43,568 nt of DNA from an uncultured Gammaproteobacteria bacterium (lineage in GTDB: Bacteria > Pseudomonadota > Gammaproteobacteria > SURF-13): the NCBI GenBank assembly GCA_964442865.1, contig CAYUAZ010000001.1, positions 1-43,568 of the forward strand, written 5' to 3'. This document shows, one piece after another, positions 8,362 through 16,987 of the stretch. The first letter of the stretch is position 1. The number at the start of each line of letters is the position of its first letter. A program made the position numbers and the translations under genes. Below the pieces are notes generated by a model. The model did not search any database and was not told where the DNA came from. It saw nothing but the letters and a program-made list of their open reading frames with translations.

Positions 8362-9096
8362 TCAGAATCCAAGGCTCGACAACAGCGCATCCACGTTATC
8401 CTGTCCGTCCACCACATCCTCGCGGCCTTTGGCATTGATCTGCGGGCCCTCAAGCTTGGACTTGGCCTTAGTCGCGGCGGGCGCGGCGGGCTTACCGCCC
8501 GACAGACGGATCATGTTGACTAAACTCTGTTCCATATCCTGCACCAGGGTAATCACCCGGCGGATGATCTGGCCGGTGATGTCCTGGTAATCCTGCGCGA
8601 TCATCATCTCGGAAAGATTGGTGTGTATCTGGGTGGCATGCTCCTCAACCAGCGGCAAGAACTCGCCCACCTCCTGGCTGAGTGCCTTGAATTCTTTAGC
8701 GTCCATCTCCCGGCGCATCAAACGCTGCCATTTCTGGGTCAGATCGTTGCCGAGCTTCTCCAACTGTTCGGAGAGGGGAATGGTCTCCTCGACCATGGTT
8801 AGGGTGCGATGGGCTGCTTGATTGGTCATGTCTATGACGTAGTTGAGACGCTCCTTGGCATCCGGGATCTCGTGTTCCGCCAGCTCGCTGAGGCGGGCGT
8901 CGAATCGAAAGCTGTTGAGCGACTCGTGCAATTCGCGCGTCATCCGGCCCAACTCCTGAAACAGGGTGGACTCGCGCAGTTTGCCGATCTCCTCCAGCAA
9001 GACATTCACTTGTGGCTCATTGCCGGCCTCGATCTCTTGCACCAGGGCGCGCACCTTGATGAGCAGTTGTTCTTGATTTATGGTTATTGTGTCCAT
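8362..9096 (-). CDS. cheZ: CheY-P phosphatase CheZ
   Basis: 244 aa with a long helical hairpin, catalytic-region motif QDYQDITGQIIRRV and a CheY-binding C-terminal peptide (DNVDALLSSLGF). Confidence 0.9.
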   Translation of the reverse strand: MDTITINQEQLLIKVRALVQEIEAGNEPQVNVLLEEIGKLRESTLFQELGRMTRELHESLNSFRFDARLSELAEHEIPDAKERLNYVIDMTNQAAHRTLTMVEETIPLSEQLEKLGNDLTQKWQRLMRREMDAKEFKALSQEVGEFLPLVEEHATQIHTNLSEMMIAQDYQDITGQIIRRVITLVQDMEQSLVNMIRLSGGKPAAPAATKAKSKLEGPQINAKGREDVVDGQDNVDALLSSLGF

Positions 9097-9141
9097 GGGT
9101 TATCCTTTGCCTGGAACGGGGGCCGTTCCATACGATTGAAG

Positions 9142-9540
9142 TTAGGCCGCGTTGGTGGCCTCAAGCCGCTCAAATATTTTGTCTATCTTTTCCTTGAGGG
9201 TGACGGCCGTGAACGGCTTAACGACGTAGCCGCTGACGCCCGCCTGCGCCGCCTCGACGATCTGCTCGCGCTTGGACTCCGCGGTGACCATCAGCACCGG
9301 CAGCTTGGCGAGTTTCGCATCGGCGCGCACCGCCTTGAGGAGATCTATGCCCTGCATGCCGGGCATATTCCAGTCCGTCACCAGAAAATCGAAGGACCCG
9401 GCTTGCAGCATGGGCAAGGCCGAAGTGCCGTCGTCCGCCTCGCTGGTATTGTTGAAACCCAGATCGCGCAGCAGATTCTTGATGATGCGGCGCATCGTGG
9501 AAAAATCATCCACGATTAAAATTTTCATGTTTTTGTCCAC
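9142..9540 (-). CDS. cheY: Chemotaxis response regulator CheY
   Basis: 132 aa single receiver domain ([31 protein letters not shown]). Confidence 0.95.
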   Translation of the reverse strand: MDKNMKILIVDDFSTMRRIIKNLLRDLGFNNTSEADDGTSALPMLQAGSFDFLVTDWNMPGMQGIDLLKAVRADAKLAKLPVLMVTAESKREQIVEAAQAGVSGYVVKPFTAVTLKEKIDKIFERLEATNAA

Positions 9541-9589
9541 AACTAGTCCTCCTGATTTACCAATGCAGCAGTCAGATCCGACCTGCCTG

Positions 9590-10327
9590 CTACCCTCTTT
9601 CCCTTCCGCCCCAATGCCGCATCTGCGTCTGTAGACGCAGCAGCGTCTGACTCAATATCTGGCTGACGCGCGACTCGCTGACCTCCAGCACCTCTCCGAT
9701 CTCGCGCAGGTTCAGCTCTTCGTCGTAATACAGGGCGAGCACCAAACGCTGCCGTTCGGGCAGGGCCTCTATCGCCTCGGTGAGCACGCGGTGCAGGTCT
9801 TCATCCACCAAGCCTTCGAAAGGGTTCTGGCTGCGGTCGGCCACACTCTCGGCCACGCTCTGCTCGTCTTCGCCCAAGTCATCGAAGCTGAACAGGCGGT
9901 GCGCGCAGGCGTCCTGCACGATGTGATGGTATTCCTCCATACTGAGCCCTAGCACCGCCGCCACTTCGTGATCGCGGGCATCGCGGCCGGTCCTGTGCTC
10001 CACCTCATGCACCGCCTCGGCCACCTGACGGGCCTTGCGATGCACCGAGCGCGGCGCCCAATCGTTCTTGCGCACCTCGTCCAGCATGGCGCCGCGGATG
10101 CGGATGCTGGCATAGGTCTCGAAGCTCGCGCCTTGCGCCGCATCGTAATTGCGCGACGCCTCCAGCAGGCCGATCATTCCGGCCTGGATCAGGTCGTCCA
10201 CCAGCACGTTGGCCGGCAGGCGGCTCTTCAGGTGATAGGCGATGCGCTTGACCAGCGGCGCATGCCGCGTCAGCAGATCGTCCTGCGCGCCGGGCTGGGC
10301 GGCGGCGTACATCGCCAGACTGCTCAT
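9590..10327 (-). CDS. fliA: Flagellar sigma factor FliA (sigma28)
   Basis: 245 aa with sigma70 regions 2, 3 and 4 ([14 protein letters not shown]...; [20 protein letters not shown]). Confidence 0.95.
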   Translation of the reverse strand: MSSLAMYAAAQPGAQDDLLTRHAPLVKRIAYHLKSRLPANVLVDDLIQAGMIGLLEASRNYDAAQGASFETYASIRIRGAMLDEVRKNDWAPRSVHRKARQVAEAVHEVEHRTGRDARDHEVAAVLGLSMEEYHHIVQDACAHRLFSFDDLGEDEQSVAESVADRSQNPFEGLVDEDLHRVLTEAIEALPERQRLVLALYYDEELNLREIGEVLEVSESRVSQILSQTLLRLQTQMRHWGGRERG

Positions 10328-11241
10328 ACCACTAGCCTCGCTACCGGTTCTGGCCGACTCGCAAAATCCACTGCTGCGGGCGGTGTGCGGATGAGCCGCT
10401 CGACAAAAAATTCCATGTGCCCGGAGGCCGCCGTCGGCATGGGCCAGGTATCGGTCTTTTGCGCCAGGGTCTTGAACGCCAGCGCCGCCTTGCTGCGCGG
10501 GAACAGGTCCACCACCGCGCGCTGCCGCTGCACCGCCTTGCGCACATACTCGTCATAAGGCACCGCGCCCATGAAATCCAGCGCCACGTCGAGGAAGCGG
10601 TCTGTCACCTTGCTGATCTTGGCGAACAGCTCGCGGCCCTCCTGCATGGCGTGCGTCATGTTGGCGAGGATGTGAAAATTCTGTATGCCGTGCTCACGGT
10701 GCAGCACCTTCATCAGGGCGTAGGCATCGGTGATGGAGGCCGGCTCGTCGCAGACCACCACGATGACCTCCTGCGCGGCGCGGGTGTAACTCACCACGCT
10801 GTTGGAAATCCCCGCACCGGTATCTATCAGTAATATGTCCAATTGTTCGCTGAGTTCGCTGAAGGCGCGGATGATGCCGGCGTGCTGCATGGGATCGAGG
10901 TCCATCATGCTGCGCGCACCCGAAGAGGCCGGCACGATGCGCAGACCGTCCGGACCGGCGACGATAATCTCCTCCAGCGAGCGTTCGCCGTCCAACACAT
11001 GGGACAGGTTGTAACTGGGCCGCAAACCGAGCAGCACGTCCACGTTGGCGAGGCCGAGATCGGCATCCATCAGCATGACCTTTTTATCGCGCTGCGCGAG
11101 AGCCAGGGCGAGATTGACCGAGACATTGGTCTTGCCCACCCCGCCCTTGCCGCTGGTCACCGCGATCACGCGCACCGGGCGCGGCTTGACGATGCGGCGC
11201 AGACCGGCGGCCTGATCGGCCGATGTTTCAGAATTGAGCAT
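10324..11241 (-). CDS. fleN: Flagellar number regulator FleN/FlhG (MinD-like ATPase)
   Basis: Deviant Walker A (VIAVTSGKGGVGKTNVSVNLALALA). The stop overlaps the fliA start. Start placed at the ATG at 11241 (MLNSETS...), overlapping flhF by 14 nt. The ORF-track start at 11280 is an alternative. Confidence 0.88.
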   Translation of the reverse strand: MLNSETSADQAAGLRRIVKPRPVRVIAVTSGKGGVGKTNVSVNLALALAQRDKKVMLMDADLGLANVDVLLGLRPSYNLSHVLDGERSLEEIIVAGPDGLRIVPASSGARSMMDLDPMQHAGIIRAFSELSEQLDILLIDTGAGISNSVVSYTRAAQEVIVVVCDEPASITDAYALMKVLHREHGIQNFHILANMTHAMQEGRELFAKISKVTDRFLDVALDFMGAVPYDEYVRKAVQRQRAVVDLFPRSKAALAFKTLAQKTDTWPMPTAASGHMEFFVERLIRTPPAAVDFASRPEPVARLVV

Positions 11242-12517
11242 GCGCCGCCAACCCCCCAAAGGCCAATTCCAGCGATTCATCTTCGATGTTCTCGCCGCTG
11301 TGCTGCATGATGCTGACGCTGCGTATCACCAGGCTGTGCGCGCGCGCCGGTTGCATGTCCTCCGGGACGCGCTGACCGGCGCTCACGTAAGCGACCGGGA
11401 GCTGCTGCTCGATGCTGACGGAGAGCGCCGGTCCCAGACTGGTGGTTTCGTCCAGTTTGCTCAAGATACAGCCGTGCAGTTTGACGCCTTGATAGGCGCG
11501 CGCGACTTCATTCAGGCCGTGCAGCGCCGTGGTGGTGGACATGACGAGATAGGTCTTCACCGGTATCCGGTCCGCGCTGCTGCCGTTCAACAGCGCGAAC
11601 TGTTCCGAGAGGCGCACGTCACGCTGACTCATGCCGGCGGTGTCTATCAGCACCAGCGGCTTGTCGCGCAGGCCGAGCAAGGCGTTGTGTAACTCCTCAT
11701 GATTCATGGCGATGCGCACCGGCACACCCAGGATGCGTCCATAGGTGCGCAATTGTTCGTGGGCGCCGATGCGGTAATTGTCGGTGGTCACCAGCGCCAC
11801 CCGGTTGGGGCCGTGGCGCAAAGCGTAACGTGCGGCCAGCTTGGCGATGGTGGTGGTCTTGCCGACGCCGGTCGGGCCGACCAGGGCGACCACGCCACCC
11901 TCGCTGAGAATATCGTCGTTAGTCACCGGGAGTTGATGTGCGAGCACGCCCAAGGCATGACGCCAGGCCTGATCGAAATCCAGATCACCGGCCAGGGTGT
12001 CGCTGATACGCAGACTCAAGGCCGGGCTCAAGCCCAGCTCCATCAGCCGCCGTAACAGCTTGGCGCGCAGCGGATGACGCCGCCCGAGGTCGCCCCAGGC
12101 GAGCCCCGATAATTGCTCCTGCAACAATTCGCGCAGGGTCTTAATCTCTTCGTTCATCTCCACCAGCGCCGGCTCCTGGGCCCACAGGATGCTGCCTCTA
12201 CCGGTGGAGTGTTGCGTCTCTATACGCTCAACACGCGGTTCAGGTTGGGCCGCCGTTACGGCGGCGGGAATTTGCTTGGGTGATTTACGCACAGTGGCTT
12301 CGGCAGCAGGCTTGGCTTGAGCAACGGCTTCTTGCGCGGCGGGCCGAGCACCGCCCATCTCATTAAACAGCGCGGCGTCATACTCAATCGCGGCGACCAG
12401 CTCGATGCCGTCTTCCATCGAACGGTTGGAGAGGATGACCGCATCGCTGCCCAACTCATCACGCACCTGACGAATCGCCTGACGCATGTCACTTGCAAAA
12501 AAACGTTTAATCTTCAT
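11228..12517 (-). CDS. flhF: Flagellar biosynthesis GTPase FlhF (SRP-type)
   Basis: 429 aa with MKIKRFFASDMRQAIRQVRDELGSDAVILS at the N-terminus and an SRP-GTPase NG domain (LVGPTGVGKTTTIAKLA, DTAG). Confidence 0.92.
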   Translation of the reverse strand: MKIKRFFASDMRQAIRQVRDELGSDAVILSNRSMEDGIELVAAIEYDAALFNEMGGARPAAQEAVAQAKPAAEATVRKSPKQIPAAVTAAQPEPRVERIETQHSTGRGSILWAQEPALVEMNEEIKTLRELLQEQLSGLAWGDLGRRHPLRAKLLRRLMELGLSPALSLRISDTLAGDLDFDQAWRHALGVLAHQLPVTNDDILSEGGVVALVGPTGVGKTTTIAKLAARYALRHGPNRVALVTTDNYRIGAHEQLRTYGRILGVPVRIAMNHEELHNALLGLRDKPLVLIDTAGMSQRDVRLSEQFALLNGSSADRIPVKTYLVMSTTTALHGLNEVARAYQGVKLHGCILSKLDETTSLGPALSVSIEQQLPVAYVSAGQRVPEDMQPARAHSLVIRSVSIMQHSGENIEDESLELAFGGLAAHAQF

Positions 12518-12636
12518 ATCGGCTTTCCTCGGAAACCACTTAGCTGCAAGTGAGGTGTTAGGCGTAACCTCTCACTCCTCACCACTCCTTCTTCTCCGCC
12601 ATCCTGGCGCGACTTCATCTCACTAAATAAGCCCCA

Positions 12637-12658
12637 GCCCGCACATCCGTGTGCGGGC
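12637..12658. repeat. REP-like GC-rich hairpin in the flhA-flhF spacer
   Basis: gcccgcaca-tccg-tgtgcgggc: perfect 9-bp stem with loop tccg. The core cacatccgtgt is shared with the H2 hairpin of the element at 15915-16140. Confidence 0.5.
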
Positions 12659-12682
12659 GTTCGCGGCTCCTAAGCCCGCCGC

Positions 12683-14749
12683 TCACCCTACTGTCGCAAC
12701 CATTTTGATTTGCTTGTTATCCGGGATCTCGTCATACGAGAGCACGTGCAGACCCGGGATGGTGTGCCTGACAAAGCGCGCCAGCAGGGTGCGCAGCCCG
12801 GCGGGAACCAGCAACACCGCCACCTGACCCGAGAGTTCCAGACGCTTGGCGGCATCCGCCAGGGACCTGTGCATGCGCTCCGCCAAACCCGGTTCGAGAC
12901 CCGCGCCTTCTCCTATCTTTATGCTCTTTTGCAATATTTGTTCCAACGAAGGATCAAGTGAGATAAACGGCAGCTCGGAGCCTGTACCATTGATGTTTTG
13001 CACGATAGAACGGCCCAGCGAGACCCGCGCGGCAGTGGTCAACTCCACCGGATCCTGTGTCTTTCCGGCATGTTCCGCCAAGGTTTCGGCAATACTGCGC
13101 ATATCGCGGATCGGAATGTTTTCTTCGAGCAGGTTCTGCAATACCCTGAGGACAACCCCGAGCGAGAGCGCTTTGGGGACCAATTCCTCGACCAGCTTGG
13201 GGAAGGTCTTGGCGAGATTGTCGAGCAGCCGCTGCACATCGTCGCGGCCGAGTAATTCGTATGAATGGTTTTGCAGCAGTTGGTTGAGATGGGTCGCCAC
13301 CACCGTGCTGGTGTCCACCACGGTATAGCCCATGGTCTGCGCCTGATCGTGCTGATTCAACTCTATCCACACCGCATCCAGCCCGAAAGCGGGGTCCTTG
13401 GCGGCCATGCCCGGCAACGTGCCGAACACCCGGCCCGGATTGATGGCCAGCTCGCGCTCCGGGTAGACATCGGCCTGACCGACCGTCACGCCCTTCAGGG
13501 TGATGCGATAGCTGTTGGGGCCGAGATCGAGATTGTCACGAATATGCACGGGCGGGACCAGAAAACCGAGATCCTGCGAAAGTTTCTTGCGCACCCCCTT
13601 GATGCGCGTCATGAGCTGACCGCCCTGTTGTTTGTCCACCAGCGGGATGAGCCGGTAGCCGACCTCCAGACCGATGGTGTCCACCGGAATCATGTCGTCC
13701 CAGTTTAGCTCCTTGGGTTCGGTGTGCGACTGCAGCACGGGCGGGGGCGGGGGAGCCGCCTTTTCCGCCCGCTGACGCTGGGCGATCAGATAGGCCGCGC
13801 CGCCGCTGATGGCGGCAAGACTCAGGAACGCGACATTGGGCATGCCCGGCACCAGGCCCATGGCGCCCATGATGGCGGCGGTGGTGCCCAGCGCGCGCGG
13901 GTTGCCCAGCAACTGGCCGACGATCTGCTGGCCCATATTCTGCGCGCTGGAGACGCGCGTCACCATGATCGCCGCCGCAGTGGACAGCAACAGCGCGGGG
14001 ATCTGCGCCGCCAGGCCGTCGCCGATGGTGAGCAAGGCGTAATTGTGCATGGCCATAGAGAACGGCAGGCCATGCTGAGCCATGCCGATCGCGAGGCCGC
14101 CGATCAAATTGATGAACACGATCAAGATACCGGCGACCGCGTCACCACGCACAAATTTGCTGGCGCCGTCCATGGCCCCATAGAAATCGGCCTCCTGGAT
14201 CACCTCGGCGCGGCGTGTCTTGGCCTCGTCCTGGGTCACCAGGCCGGCGTTGAGATCGGCGTCTATCGCCATTTGTTTGCCGGGCATCGCATCCAGGGTA
14301 AAGCGTGCGCTCACCTCGGCAATGCGCCCGGCGCCCTTGGTCACCACCACGAAGTTGATGATGATCAGGATCGTAAACACCACCAGTCCCACCGCGTAGT
14401 TGCCGCCCACCACGAACTCGCCGAAGGCCTTGATGACCTGGCCCGCCGAGTCCGTTCCGGTGTGACCGTGCAGCAGCACTACCCGCGTGGTGGCGATGTT
14501 GAGCGCCAGACGCAACAGGGTGGCCAGCAACAGCACCGTGGGAAACACCGCGAAATCCAGCGGCCGCTGCGTATACACGCCCGCCAGCAACACCACCATG
14601 GCGAGTGCGATATTGAAGGTGAACAATATGTCCAACATGAACGGCGACAGCGGCACCACCAGCATCGCCAGCATCAGCAACATCAACACCATCGCGCCGA
14701 CGCCGCTGCGGCCGAGGTCTTGCAAACGCATCAATAAGGAATCGGACAT
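12683..14749 (-). CDS. flhA: Flagellar type III export gate protein FlhA
   Basis: 688 aa with a conserved TM domain (FPTVLLLATLLRLALNIATTRVVL), FHIPEP region and cytoplasmic C-terminal domain. Confidence 0.97.
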   Translation of the reverse strand: MSDSLLMRLQDLGRSGVGAMVLMLLMLAMLVVPLSPFMLDILFTFNIALAMVVLLAGVYTQRPLDFAVFPTVLLLATLLRLALNIATTRVVLLHGHTGTDSAGQVIKAFGEFVVGGNYAVGLVVFTILIIINFVVVTKGAGRIAEVSARFTLDAMPGKQMAIDADLNAGLVTQDEAKTRRAEVIQEADFYGAMDGASKFVRGDAVAGILIVFINLIGGLAIGMAQHGLPFSMAMHNYALLTIGDGLAAQIPALLLSTAAAIMVTRVSSAQNMGQQIVGQLLGNPRALGTTAAIMGAMGLVPGMPNVAFLSLAAISGGAAYLIAQRQRAEKAAPPPPPVLQSHTEPKELNWDDMIPVDTIGLEVGYRLIPLVDKQQGGQLMTRIKGVRKKLSQDLGFLVPPVHIRDNLDLGPNSYRITLKGVTVGQADVYPERELAINPGRVFGTLPGMAAKDPAFGLDAVWIELNQHDQAQTMGYTVVDTSTVVATHLNQLLQNHSYELLGRDDVQRLLDNLAKTFPKLVEELVPKALSLGVVLRVLQNLLEENIPIRDMRSIAETLAEHAGKTQDPVELTTAARVSLGRSIVQNINGTGSELPFISLDPSLEQILQKSIKIGEGAGLEPGLAERMHRSLADAAKRLELSGQVAVLLVPAGLRTLLARFVRHTIPGLHVLSYDEIPDNKQIKMVATVG

Positions 14750-14751
14750 GG

Positions 14752-15885
14752 TCAGTCTCGCCTAAACTCGTCGGGGATCGGCAGTTCGTCGGGCAACGGC
14801 GTGGGTTGTAGATCCGGGTTCTCCACCTGGCGCCGCAGTTGGTACACATAGGCGAGTACCTGCGCCACGGCGAGATACAGGCCGGCCGGGATCTCCTGAT
14901 TGAGATCGGTGCTGTGATACACCGCGCGCGTCAGGCTGGGCGCCGAGACGATGCTCACCTTGTGCTCGGCGCCCACTTCGCGGATTCGCTGCGCGATAGG
15001 TCCCGCGCCCTTGGCGACCAGCCTGGGCGCGCCCATGCGGCTCTGGTCGTAACGCAGCGCCACGGCGTAATGGGTCGGGTTGGTGATAATCACGTCGGCC
15101 TTGGGCACCTCGGCCATCATGCGCCGCTGCGCCATTTCGCGTTGCAGGAAGCGGATACGGCCCTTGATCTGCGGATTACCGTCGGTCTCCTTACCTTCAT
15201 CACGAATTTCCTGGCGGGTCATCTTAAGCTTCTTGGCGTGATCCCAGATCTGGAACGGCACGTCCGCAGCGGCGATGACTAGCATCGTCGAACTGCACAC
15301 CAGAAACGCCCAGGCCAGCAGATTGATCGTATGGGCGAGCGCCACATTGAGCGGCTCCGTGCCCAGATTCAGAATTGCGCCGGCGTTATACTTGAGCCAC
15401 ACCAACAGCGCGGCGACCACCAGGGTGAATTTCACCAGGGCCTTGATGAGCTCCATGCCGCTGTGCGCCGAGAACAAGCGGCCCAAACCCTTGAGGGGGT
15501 CGAGCTTCTCCCAACTGAAGGCCAGCGCCTTGCTGCTGAACGACCAGCCGCCCAGCAACAGCGGCGCGACCAGCGCGACCATAACCAGCAGCAGGAAAAA
15601 GGGGAACAGCGCACTCAGCGCATCGAACACACCCTGCCCAAACAGGCGCGTGAGCGCGGTGGGATCGAAGACTTGAGTACGGTTCAGGCTCAAGCCGCCG
15701 CGCATCAACGCGCTCAAGTTATTGACCAGTCCCGCGCCTAAAAAAAGCAACGCCCCGGCGGCCGCCAACAACATCGCCAGGGTGTTCATCTCGCGCGAGC
15801 GTACCGTTTGCCCTTTTTCGCGCGCCTCCTCCAGGCGCTTGGGTGTCGCTTGTTCTGTGCGTTCTTGCCCGTCATTTTGCGCCAT
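14752..15885 (-). CDS. flhB: Flagellar export switch protein FlhB
   Basis: 377 aa. N-terminus MAQNDGQERTEQATPKRLEEAREKGQ and NPTH autocleavage site (ITNPTHYAVALRY). Confidence 0.95.
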   Translation of the reverse strand: MAQNDGQERTEQATPKRLEEAREKGQTVRSREMNTLAMLLAAAGALLFLGAGLVNNLSALMRGGLSLNRTQVFDPTALTRLFGQGVFDALSALFPFFLLLVMVALVAPLLLGGWSFSSKALAFSWEKLDPLKGLGRLFSAHSGMELIKALVKFTLVVAALLVWLKYNAGAILNLGTEPLNVALAHTINLLAWAFLVCSSTMLVIAAADVPFQIWDHAKKLKMTRQEIRDEGKETDGNPQIKGRIRFLQREMAQRRMMAEVPKADVIITNPTHYAVALRYDQSRMGAPRLVAKGAGPIAQRIREVGAEHKVSIVSAPSLTRAVYHSTDLNQEIPAGLYLAVAQVLAYVYQLRRQVENPDLQPTPLPDELPIPDEFRRD

Positions 15886-15914
15886 GGCTCAATTCTCCGG
15901 TTGCACCAGATGAA

Positions 15915-16140
15915 CTCTGAAAAATTCCATCCTAGCGCTACGCTGTCCTGCTACGCTTGGATGCCAGGGTTTGCCATCCTTGGCAAACCCGTTCGCTGCT
16001 TTGCAGCTCACCCATGGAATTTTCAGAGGCGAAAGGCAAAAACATGGTTCTTGCCTTTCTTCGCTCTTCAAATGCGTACGCATTTGAAGAGTGGCGGCAC
16101 ATCCGTGTACCGCAGGAATCTCTGATATATCAGAGATTCC
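15915..16140 (-). repeat. Five-hairpin structured element, copy B (homolog of 18876-19026, opposite orientation, 83-bp nested insert in hairpin 5)
   Basis: The reverse complement aligns module by module with copy A. Modules: H1 ggaatctctga/tcagagattcc, H2 gcggtaca/tgtgccgc, H3 ctcttcaaatgcg/cgcatttgaagag, H4 gaaaggcaagaac/gtttttgcctttc, H5 ctctgaaaattccat/atggaatttttcagag. The differences from A are mostly compensatory. Confidence 0.65.
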
Positions 16141-16169
16141 TTAACGGATTCTACTGAGGGAAACAGATC

Positions 16170-16532
16170 ATGACAAAATCAGAACTCATAGAGATACTCT
16201 CCCGCAAACAGACTCAGTTGGCCTATAAGGATATAGAACTGACTGTAAAAACCATGCTCGATCAGATGGGTCAGGCGCTCGCCAACGGTCAGCGCATCGA
16301 GATCCGCGGCTTCGGCAGTTTTTCCCTGCATTACCGCCCGCCTCGTGTCGGCCGTAACCCCAAGACCGGCGATCCGGTGTCGCTGTATGGAAAGTACGTG
16401 CCTCACTTCAAGCCGGGCAAGGAGCTGCGTGAGCGAGTCAATCGCGGCATGGTCGCTCCCGGCGCCCCCGGATCGAGTCCGGGGCAGGCTCTGTCTCCCG
16501 CGACATTGGTACGTCCCTATACGTCAAAATAA
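16170..16532 (+). CDS. ihfB: Integration host factor beta subunit
   Basis: MTKSELIE...[48 protein letters not shown] is the classic IHF-beta/HU fold. At 120 aa it is ~26 aa longer than the E. coli protein, with a Pro/Gly/Ser-rich tail. Confidence 0.92.
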   Translation: MTKSELIEILSRKQTQLAYKDIELTVKTMLDQMGQALANGQRIEIRGFGSFSLHYRPPRVGRNPKTGDPVSLYGKYVPHFKPGKELRERVNRGMVAPGAPGSSPGQALSPATLVRPYTSK

Positions 16533-16553
16533 GTACCGGCGTGTAATACCCGC

Positions 16554-16588
16554 ACGGCATGCGCTGAAAAGCCCATGCCGTTTTTTTT
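16554..16588 (+). terminator. Rho-independent terminator after ihfB
   Basis: acggcatg-cgctgaaaagcc-catgccgt followed by T8. Confidence 0.7.
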
Positions 16589-16696
16589 GAGCGAGCGGCT
16601 CCTCCGGGAATGATTGATTCAACCGCGCTATTAGGCTTATCCTGTGCAGTATCGCTCCCGCGACATTAGTCGTCCCTGTACGTCAGAGGTGGCATC

Positions 16697-16987
16697 GTGC
16701 GTATTATTCGTTTATTGTTTTTCTTTATCATCCTGCTGCTGGGTTTGAGCTTCGCGGTGCTTAACGCGGAGCCCGTCAACCTCGATTATTATTTCGGTAG
16801 TTGGCAGGCCCCGTTATCGCTGCTGCTGGTTGCAGCCATGACCTTGGGGGTGATGTTCGGTATCCTGGCGTGCCTGGGTATGCTGCTGGGCTTGAAGAGA
16901 GAGGTGCGCAAGCTTCGCAAGTCGGCGCAGCTTGCTCAGGAAGAGGTTGCCAATCTGCGGGCCTTGCCTCTCCAAGGGACCGAATAG
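16697..16987 (+). CDS. lapA: LPS assembly protein LapA (YciS, DUF1049)
   Basis: 96 aa with two TM helices and a basic/coiled tail. GTG start. It lies directly upstream of lapB with a 1-nt overlap (TAGTG). The ihfB-lapA-lapB-pyrF synteny is conserved. Confidence 0.75.
   Translation: MRIIRLLFFFIILLLGLSFAVLNAEPVNLDYYFGSWQAPLSLLLVAAMTLGVMFGILACLGMLLGLKREVRKLRKSAQLAQEEVANLRALPLQGTE

Noticed and set aside
9097-9141. Hairpin tggaacg-ggggc-cgttcca between cheY and cheZ as a possible terminator
   Set aside because: It has a short stem and no T-tract on the transcribed (minus) strand, and cheZ follows immediately in the same operon. It is probably just an intercistronic stem, with nothing further to support a function.
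13724-14737. 337-aa plus-strand ORF and other long antisense ORFs (e.g. 7024-7974, 21961-22797, 27363-28370, 35409-36281, 39765-40982, 37502-38215)
   Set aside because: Each is fully embedded opposite a confidently identified gene (flhA, cheA, RND permease, hupL, hypF, hypA/hypB, hypD). They have low-complexity Arg/His/Gly-rich translations and no RBS or operon logic.
15886-16169. Possibility that the hairpin-rich spacers (also 18876-19026, 4425-4477, 12518-12682) are a CRISPR array or tRNA/ncRNA genes of known type
   Set aside because: There is no constant direct repeat alternating with unique spacers and no cas genes. No cloverleaf with anticodon or T-loop features could be drawn. The units are palindromic and inverted, which fits REP/MITE-like elements better.
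16801-16986. N-terminal 62 codons of the 450-aa track ORF for lapB
   Set aside because: This part overlaps lapA in another frame. GTG 16987 gives the expected N-terminal TM helix and the expected ~389-aa LapB length.
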